Assembly: GCA_040388055.1 (NCBI GenBank)
Contig: JAZKCO010000001.1
Location: 160,711-224,710 of the forward strand
Direction of reading: 5' to 3'
Length of the DNA stretch: 64,000 nt
Origin: Bacteroidota bacterium
GTDB lineage: Bacteria > Bacteroidota > Bacteroidia > Sphingobacteriales > Sphingobacteriaceae
This document shows positions 57,856 through 64,000 of this stretch, piece by piece. Both the position numbers and the translations under genes were made by a program. Below the pieces are notes generated by a model. The model was not told where the DNA came from. It did not search any database and saw nothing but the letters and a program-made list of their open reading frames with translations. Position 1 is the stretch's first letter. Each line of letters opens with the position of its first letter.

Positions 57856-58000
57856 TAGGGGTAAATCCAAATCCAGATTAAATAAGTAAGAATGAAACCA
57901 TAAACTCTTATCAATAATTGTATACTGATGAAAAAAATGACTAAATTTAGATCATTACCAAAACAACAATAAATTCTTAGTTTAAACTTAAAGTTTAATA

Positions 58001-59533
58001 ATGAAGCTTCTTGGATTATTTATACTATCCCAGTTAATTTCAGTTACTGGTGGTTTTTCGCAATCAGCTCAAAGGCCAAATATTATTATCATTATCTCAG
58101 ACGATCATGCCTTATCGACTATCGGGGCTTATGGCGCAAAATATGGAGCAACACCAAATATAGACCGGATTGCAAAAGAAGGGGCTGTTTTTAAAAATGC
58201 CTTTGTAAATAATTCCATTTGTGCACCCAGCCGGGCAAGCTTACTTACCGGCAAGTACAGCCATTTAAATGGTTTAAAAGATAATCACGACGAGTTCGAT
58301 GCTACTCAGGATGTTTTTCCAAGACGAATGCAACAATCGGGTTTTCAAACGGCATGGATAGGTAAATGGCATTTAAAAACTTATCCGCAAGGCTTCGATT
58401 ATTGGAATATACTACCCGGACAGGGGCAATACTACAATCCTTCATTTATAAGTATGAAAGGAGATACCAGTAAAATAAGTGGCTATTGTACCGACATCAC
58501 TACAGATATTGCATTAGAGTGGCTAAACAAGCGCGATACAACTAAGCCCTTTTGTATGGTTGTAGGTGAGAAAGCGCCACATCGTACCTGGATGCCAGAT
58601 ACGCAGGATCTCGGCAAATTTGATCAGGTAACTTTTCCACTTCCGGCAAATTTTTACGACTCATATACGGATCGCATTGCCGCTAAAAATCAGGATATGA
58701 ATATCGCCCATACCCTAAAGCTGGGCTACGATCTTAAAATGAAGAGCGATACCGATAAGATAAATACAGCAACCATGTTTACTACAAGGATGAACCCCGT
58801 ACAACGAAAAGCATGGAATGCTTATTACGATCGTGTGGAAGAAGATTTTTTAAGTAAAAAGCCAACAGGGAATGCCTTAATAGAATGGAAGTATCAACGA
58901 TATATGCGCGATTATTTAAGCACCACACTTTCGCTGGATAGGAATATAGGTAAGATTTTAACGTACCTCGATAAAAATAACCTTGCTAAAAACACCATCG
59001 TAATTTATACCTCCGATCAAGGCTTTTATATGGGCGAGCATGGTTGGTTCGATAAACGCTTTATGTACGAAGAGTCGATGCATGCGCCCTTTATTGTGCG
59101 TTACCCTGGCGTGGTTAAACCTGGTACTATTATGCCGCAGTTAGTATCGAATGTAGATTTTGCCCCCACATTTTTACAATTGGCAGGAATTGAGGTTCCG
59201 ACGGCGATGCAAGGTAAATCGTTCGATCGTATACTGAAAAACCCAGCCGAAAAATTTAGAGAATCGGTATATTATCATTATTACGAGTATCCTGGCGAAC
59301 ACAGTGTGATGAAACATTTCGGTATTCGTACCGATCGCTATAAATTGATCCGGTTTTATGGAGCGCAGAATTTTTGGGAGCTTTACGATTTAAAAACAGA
59401 CCCGCACGAGACGATAAACCTGTTTAATAAAAAAGGACAAGAAGCACTAATCAGTAGTTTAAAGAAAAAACTTCTCGACCTGGTAACAGAAAACAAAGAC
59501 GACGTTGCCTTAAAAGCACTGGAAGGGCATTAA
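58001..59533 (+). CDS. Cys-type (formylglycine-dependent) sulfatase
   Basis: RPNIIIIISDDH, CAPSRASLLTG (CxPxR), GKWHL, YTSDQG, HGWFDKRFMYEES; signal peptide. Confidence 0.95.
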   Translation: MKLLGLFILSQLISVTGGFSQSAQRPNIIIIISDDHALSTIGAYGAKYGATPNIDRIAKEGAVFKNAFVNNSICAPSRASLLTGKYSHLNGLKDNHDEFDATQDVFPRRMQQSGFQTAWIGKWHLKTYPQGFDYWNILPGQGQYYNPSFISMKGDTSKISGYCTDITTDIALEWLNKRDTTKPFCMVVGEKAPHRTWMPDTQDLGKFDQVTFPLPANFYDSYTDRIAAKNQDMNIAHTLKLGYDLKMKSDTDKINTATMFTTRMNPVQRKAWNAYYDRVEEDFLSKKPTGNALIEWKYQRYMRDYLSTTLSLDRNIGKILTYLDKNNLAKNTIVIYTSDQGFYMGEHGWFDKRFMYEESMHAPFIVRYPGVVKPGTIMPQLVSNVDFAPTFLQLAGIEVPTAMQGKSFDRILKNPAEKFRESVYYHYYEYPGEHSVMKHFGIRTDRYKLIRFYGAQNFWELYDLKTDPHETINLFNKKGQEALISSLKKKLLDLVTENKDDVALKALEGH

Positions 59534-59543
59534 GAACTTAATT

Positions 59544-59843
59544 ATGAACGAACCTAAATTAACTTTAGACGAAAAGGGACAAGGGGCCTTTACTATCGTG
59601 GCAGAGGGTGAGCAGCTTGGCGAAATGGTTGTTGCTGTTTCAGACTCTAATTTAACAGTTTACCATACCGAGGTAATGCCAAAAGCTGAAGGACAGGGGC
59701 TGGCCAAAACATTGCTCAATGCTATGGTTACCTATGCTCGTAGCCAGAATTTAAAAGTAATTCCACTATGCCCCTATGTTCATGCCCAATTTAAAAGGCA
59801 TCCAGAAGCTTATGAAGATATTTGGAATAAAGCAGAACAGTAA
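59544..59843 (+). CDS. Small GNAT-like protein (YjdJ-like)
   Basis: YHTEV...EGQGLA, IPLCPY. Confidence 0.88.
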   Translation: MNEPKLTLDEKGQGAFTIVAEGEQLGEMVVAVSDSNLTVYHTEVMPKAEGQGLAKTLLNAMVTYARSQNLKVIPLCPYVHAQFKRHPEAYEDIWNKAEQ

Positions 59844-59859
59844 TTAAGAATAATAACTC

Positions 59860-60948
59860 ATGGCAAATAGCGGAAATCCCAAATCCTCATTTATCGATTA
59901 TAAAACGGAGTTTTTTTTCGATCTGTCTTTCGATCTCTTGTGCATTGCCGGATATGATGGTTATTTTAAAAAGATAAATCCAGCTGTCGTTAAAATATTA
60001 GGTTATACTGAAGAAGAATTATTCTCGAAACCAATTAACGAGTTTGTTTATAAAGACGACCGGGATATTACCCAGCAAAATCGCGAAAACTTAAGGAATA
60101 GTATCCCGTTATTAAATTTCGAAAACCGGTATTTAACTAAATCGGGAGAGATTGTATGGCTATTCTGGACATCTGTACCCATCGATAGCGAACAACTAGT
60201 TTATGCAATAGCTAAAGATATTACCTATAAAAAGAAACTGGAAGAAGAGCGGAATTTACTATTGGCCAACCTAACTAAGGTAAATAACGACCTAAAATTA
60301 GTAAGCTATACGGCTTCACATAACTTACGATCGCCTGTAAATAACCTGATTTCCGTATTTGAACTCTTAGCCGAATCTAAAATCGAGAACGAAGAAGTGC
60401 TCGAACTCATTGCCGCCTTAAAGGCAACCACTTATAGCTTAAAAGAAAGTTTAAATAATTATGTCGAGGTGCTAAATAAACACGATCGCTTAAGTGTAGA
60501 GACAGAAGAAGTAAATCTTAAAGAAACATTAACTCACGTAAAACAAGCAATTAATTCGTTAATATACGACTCGAAAACCATATTTAGGATAGATTTTTCG
60601 GCATTCGAAACCATTAGTTTTAACGCGGGCTATCTGGAAAGTATCTTTCTTAATCTCATCACCAATGCTATAAAATATGCAGTTCCCAACCAACAATCGG
60701 TAATTACCATTTTTACCAGAGAATTTGAAGGGGTAAAACAATTGGTTTTTGCCGATAATGGCCTGGGATTTGATATGGATAAAGTAGGTGACAAAGTTTT
60801 TGGTTTAAATCAAAAGTTTAATCAGCATAAAGATAGTATGGGAATTGGCTTGTACTTGGTGCATAACCATATTACCAGTATGGGTGGCAATATTGTTTTG
60901 GAAAGCAAAAAGAATGAAGGCGCAAAATTTATCTTATCATTCCATTAA
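59860..60948 (+). CDS. PAS-domain sensor histidine kinase (soluble)
   Basis: PAS DGYFKKINP...LGY...FENRY; H-box SHNLRSP, N-box NLITNAIKY, DNGLG, GIGLY; no TM segment. Confidence 0.9.
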   Translation: MANSGNPKSSFIDYKTEFFFDLSFDLLCIAGYDGYFKKINPAVVKILGYTEEELFSKPINEFVYKDDRDITQQNRENLRNSIPLLNFENRYLTKSGEIVWLFWTSVPIDSEQLVYAIAKDITYKKKLEEERNLLLANLTKVNNDLKLVSYTASHNLRSPVNNLISVFELLAESKIENEEVLELIAALKATTYSLKESLNNYVEVLNKHDRLSVETEEVNLKETLTHVKQAINSLIYDSKTIFRIDFSAFETISFNAGYLESIFLNLITNAIKYAVPNQQSVITIFTREFEGVKQLVFADNGLGFDMDKVGDKVFGLNQKFNQHKDSMGIGLYLVHNHITSMGGNIVLESKKNEGAKFILSFH

Positions 60949-61027
60949 TCCTTCTTGTTTTTCTTTTGTCATAGCATTATAATCTTGATCAAACCATTAT
61001 CAAAAAACAATTATATACTACTGAAAA

Positions 61028-63013
61028 ATGAAAAGAAGTATTCACGGTTTTTATGTATGCATAATTAGCTTAAGCTTTTTATTGTTATTTTCTTCATTCG
61101 TTAGAAATGCAGGCCTTTCTTTACCCTATAAAAAAGCAGGCCTTACCGAACAGCAGGCAGCAGCACATTTATTAGGGCGTTTTACTTATGGCGCAAAACC
61201 CGGCGACGTAGACTTTGTTGTTAAAATGGGTTTAGAAAAATGGTTAAAACAACAACTCGACGGAAATATTGAAGACAGGGAGTTAAACAATGCACTCGAT
61301 AAATTCGACGATATTAATTTAACAAATACCGAAGTAGAAAATATTTTCCCCAGAAATGCGCAACTGATAAGGTTTGCCATTAAAGATGGTTATATCCATA
61401 AAGACTCTGTAAATAAGGCGAATAGCAAGGAGTATAGGTCTACTCTTTTAAGTTATATGAAAGAAAAGGGTTATAAACCTCAGCAGGAACTCTACCGGGA
61501 ATTTATTAACCAGAAAATAATTAGAGCTATCTATACCAATAATCAGTTCAAAGAATTGATGACGGATTTTTGGTTCAATCATTTTAATGTTTCTTTAAGT
61601 AAAAATCAGTGTGCGGCTTATATTCCTGCTTACGAAAGAGATGTAATTAGGCCAAATGTGTTTGGTAAATTCGAAAACCTGGTGTTAAATACTGCTAAAT
61701 CGCCAGCAATGCTGATGTATCTCGATAATTTTAGCAGTGCCGGAAATAATGCAGCCCCTGTAAATAATAATACCGAAATGACTCCAATGGTTATGCGTCG
61801 TGCCGGACAAGGTAAAGGTAAAGCAAAGTTACAGCAGCTAAAAGCCAAAAACCAGCAAAATAATAAAAAACCACTAACCGCCGCTAAGAAACCGGGCCTC
61901 AACGAAAATTATGCCCGCGAAGTAATGGAATTACATACGCTAGGCGTCGATGGTGGTTATACACAGAATGATGTTACCCAGGCAGCCCGTATTTTAACCG
62001 GATGGACCATAGCACCCATGAGCGATAATGGCTATGGCGCGGGTATGAAAAAGGTTTTGGAAAAGGTTGGTAACGACAACCTGAGTAAACGTGGCTTTGT
62101 GCACGAAGGTGATTTCCTTTTTGCTATGAATAGGCACGATAATGGAGAGAAAACAGTATTGGGTAAAAAATTTGCTGCTGGTGGTGGTTACGAAGAAGGA
62201 GTAACTTTGTTAAAAATGTTGGCTCACCACGCTTCGACTGCTAAGTTTATATCGAAAAAGCTAGCTATTCGTTTTGTAAGCGATAATCCACCACAAAGTT
62301 TAATCGATAAAATGGCTAAAACTTTTCTTTCGTCTGATGGAGATATTAAAAGTGTGCTAATTACGATGGTTTCTGCTCCCGAATTTTGGTCGGCAGATGC
62401 CCTTAGAGAAAAAACAAAATCTCCTTTCGAATTGGCAATAAGTGCAGTAAGAAGCTTAGATGCAACAGTAAAACAACCTTATCAGCTTTATACCTGGATT
62501 AATAAAATGGGCCAGCAAATGTATTACTATCAAGCACCAACAGGCTTTCCGGATAGAGGGCAATATTGGATCAATACCGGGTCGTTATTAAATAGAATGA
62601 ATTTTGGCCTGGCATTAGCCTCACAGCGCATTCCAGGAATTACCTTCAATTTAACAGCTTTAAACAATAACCACGAACCAGAAAGTGCCGAAGCAGCACT
62701 TCAAACCTATAGTAAATTAATAATGCCCGAGCGAGATCTCGACGCTACTATAAAGCGGCTAAAGCCCATGGTTACCGATCCTAATTTTGAGGCAAATGTT
62801 GCTCAGGCAGCCGAAAAAAATATGCCCCCTAAGCCGATGAACAGCATGGTAAATGAAGATGCCAATTTAATGAACGAGGTGCCTGAAGGACAGAAATTAA
62901 AAGGGAAAAAGGCCCTAAATAGTAGCATAACAGTACAAAAGGCAGGAAACAATACCATGCTTGCACAGGTTGTGGGCGTAATTATTGGTTCTCCAGAATT
63001 TCAACGTAAATAG
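61028..63013 (+). CDS. DUF1800 family protein
   Basis: HLLGRFTYG, FWFNHFNVS, AMLMYLDN, NENYAREVMELHTLG, P..G+P, SPEFQ; N-terminal signal/TM segment. Confidence 0.92.
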   Translation: MKRSIHGFYVCIISLSFLLLFSSFVRNAGLSLPYKKAGLTEQQAAAHLLGRFTYGAKPGDVDFVVKMGLEKWLKQQLDGNIEDRELNNALDKFDDINLTNTEVENIFPRNAQLIRFAIKDGYIHKDSVNKANSKEYRSTLLSYMKEKGYKPQQELYREFINQKIIRAIYTNNQFKELMTDFWFNHFNVSLSKNQCAAYIPAYERDVIRPNVFGKFENLVLNTAKSPAMLMYLDNFSSAGNNAAPVNNNTEMTPMVMRRAGQGKGKAKLQQLKAKNQQNNKKPLTAAKKPGLNENYAREVMELHTLGVDGGYTQNDVTQAARILTGWTIAPMSDNGYGAGMKKVLEKVGNDNLSKRGFVHEGDFLFAMNRHDNGEKTVLGKKFAAGGGYEEGVTLLKMLAHHASTAKFISKKLAIRFVSDNPPQSLIDKMAKTFLSSDGDIKSVLITMVSAPEFWSADALREKTKSPFELAISAVRSLDATVKQPYQLYTWINKMGQQMYYYQAPTGFPDRGQYWINTGSLLNRMNFGLALASQRIPGITFNLTALNNNHEPESAEAALQTYSKLIMPERDLDATIKRLKPMVTDPNFEANVAQAAEKNMPPKPMNSMVNEDANLMNEVPEGQKLKGKKALNSSITVQKAGNNTMLAQVVGVIIGSPEFQRK

Positions 63014-63021
63014 CATTTATC

Positions 63022-64000
63022 ATGACATCAAGAAGAGGATTTATCAAAGCCGGCGGACTAGCATTATTTGGGATTGGTTTAGGGGGGATACCCGGGTTTT
63101 TAGCTGATGCAGTAGCAAGCACTACTCCATTAGGATTATTTAAAAAACGTAAAATCATGGTTTGTATCTTTCAGCGAGGTGCGATGGATGGTTTAATGGC
63201 TGTTACTCCATTTACTGATCAATATTTAAAAGCAGTAAGACCAACTTTATTTATGTCGGCTGCGGCCAATGGAAAAGGAAATCCCTTAATCGATTTGGAT
63301 GGCCGTTTCGGGTTACATCCATCTATGTCGGCATTCGAACCCATGTTTCGCGAAAAACGAATGGCTATTGTACATGGCATCGGTTCGCCAAATAATACCA
63401 GGTCGCATTTCGATGCACAGGATTTTATGGAATCGGGTACTCCATTTAATAAGGGCACGGCAAGCGGGTGGTTAAATCGCGCAGTTGGCCTGTTAGGCCA
63501 CGATGCGGCTACCCCTTTTCAGGGTGTAAGTTTAACTTCGTCGTTGCCAAGATCTTTTTATGGGGATAATCCTGCTGTTGCCATTAGTAACCTGGCCGAT
63601 TTTAATATCCAGTTAAAAGGTAATCAGGCTGGTGCAAATAGCGCCTCAAAAAGCTTTGAAGATCTTTACGATCAGACCTCTTCTGGCTTGCTAAAAAATA
63701 CAGGTAAAGAAAGCTTCGAAGCCATTAAAATGTTGCAAAAAACAAACCCTAAAACTTATCAGCCAGAATATAATGTAGTTTACCCTACCTCACCATTGGG
63801 GAATGCCCTTAAACAGATTGCGCAACTCATTAAAATGGATGTGGGTATGGAGGTTGCTTTTGCCGAATCGGGTGGTTGGGATACCCATTTTAACCAGGGT
63901 GCCGAAACCGGAATTTTTGCTCGTAATGTAAACGATTTAAGTAATTGTATTATGGCATTTTGGAACGACCTGGCTAAATACCAGGACGATGTTACCGTAA
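63022..64000 (+). CDS. DUF1501 family protein with Tat signal (3' end outside window; absent from ORF track)
   Basis: Manual translation: MTSRRGFIKAGGLALFG..., IFQRGAMDGL, FGLHP, RSHFDAQ, GGWDTH; 8 nt downstream of DUF1800. Confidence 0.9.
   Translation, partial: MTSRRGFIKAGGLALFGIGLGGIPGFLADAVASTTPLGLFKKRKIMVCIFQRGAMDGLMAVTPFTDQYLKAVRPTLFMSAAANGKGNPLIDLDGRFGLHPSMSAFEPMFREKRMAIVHGIGSPNNTRSHFDAQDFMESGTPFNKGTASGWLNRAVGLLGHDAATPFQGVSLTSSLPRSFYGDNPAVAISNLADFNIQLKGNQAGANSASKSFEDLYDQTSSGLLKNTGKESFEAIKMLQKTNPKTYQPEYNVVYPTSPLGNALKQIAQLIKMDVGMEVAFAESGGWDTHFNQGAETGIFARNVNDLSNCIMAFWNDLAKYQDDVTV

Noticed and set aside
57978-57997. AAACTT-A-AAGTTT palindrome upstream of the sulfatase
   Set aside because: Short and in very AT-rich sequence, so plausible by chance; no linked regulator.
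73-63458. The many 60-170 aa ORFs in the track that overlap long genes on the opposite strand or in another frame (e.g. 3487-3810, 15276-15716, 24488-25009, 56095-56583, 63219-63458)
   Set aside because: They lie almost wholly within well-supported genes and show no family motifs; best explained as shadow ORFs.
1-64000. rRNA, tRNA, CRISPR array, prophage, defence or biosynthetic gene cluster
   Set aside because: Intergenic gaps are all under about 200 nt and I found no such motifs by eye; a covariance-model search would be needed to exclude small ncRNAs.

Overview
A gene-dense 64-kb chromosomal window from a Bacteroidota bacterium. Gene content and TAnnTTTG promoters suggest Sphingobacteriaceae, probably Pedobacter-like (inference). 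It holds five main blocks. (1) <1-12085: a SusC/SusD polysaccharide-utilisation locus (PUL) that looks like a sialic-acid locus but is non-canonical: a GH33-fold protein lacking the RIP arginine, a Kelch mutarotase fused to a sodium:solute symporter, two coupled cytoplasmic proteins of unknown function (DUF6772-like plus 112 aa), a GH27, a sialidase apparently inserted in an F5/8-like domain, and a divergent NanA-like aldolase. (2) 12184-19053: a four-gene operon (TonB receptor, DUF4876-like lipoprotein, DUF6850-like beta-barrel, di-heme cytochrome c peroxidase-family protein) behind a consensus promoter and a Fur-box-like palindrome. (3) 19079-28162: small and housekeeping genes (SMUG2-type glycosylase, GNAT, LTA-synthase family) and a divergent metal module (TonB receptor + DUF6660-like | Fur-family regulator + P1B-4 ATPase). 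(4) 28187-51025: a canonical sialic-acid/host-glycan PUL (GntR, NanOU-like SusCD, NanA, NanM, MFS, NanH, O-acetylesterase, NanE, EamA, second sialidase, GH20, GH95, GH2). (5) 51135-64000: TetR-controlled TolC/HlyD/ABC-2 exporter, sulfatase, GNAT, PAS kinase and a DUF1800/DUF1501 pair. I saw no rRNA, tRNA, CRISPR array, integrase or transposase. The best candidates for an undescribed system are blocks 1 and 2. Family and DUF names come from motif recognition and memory, not from database searches.
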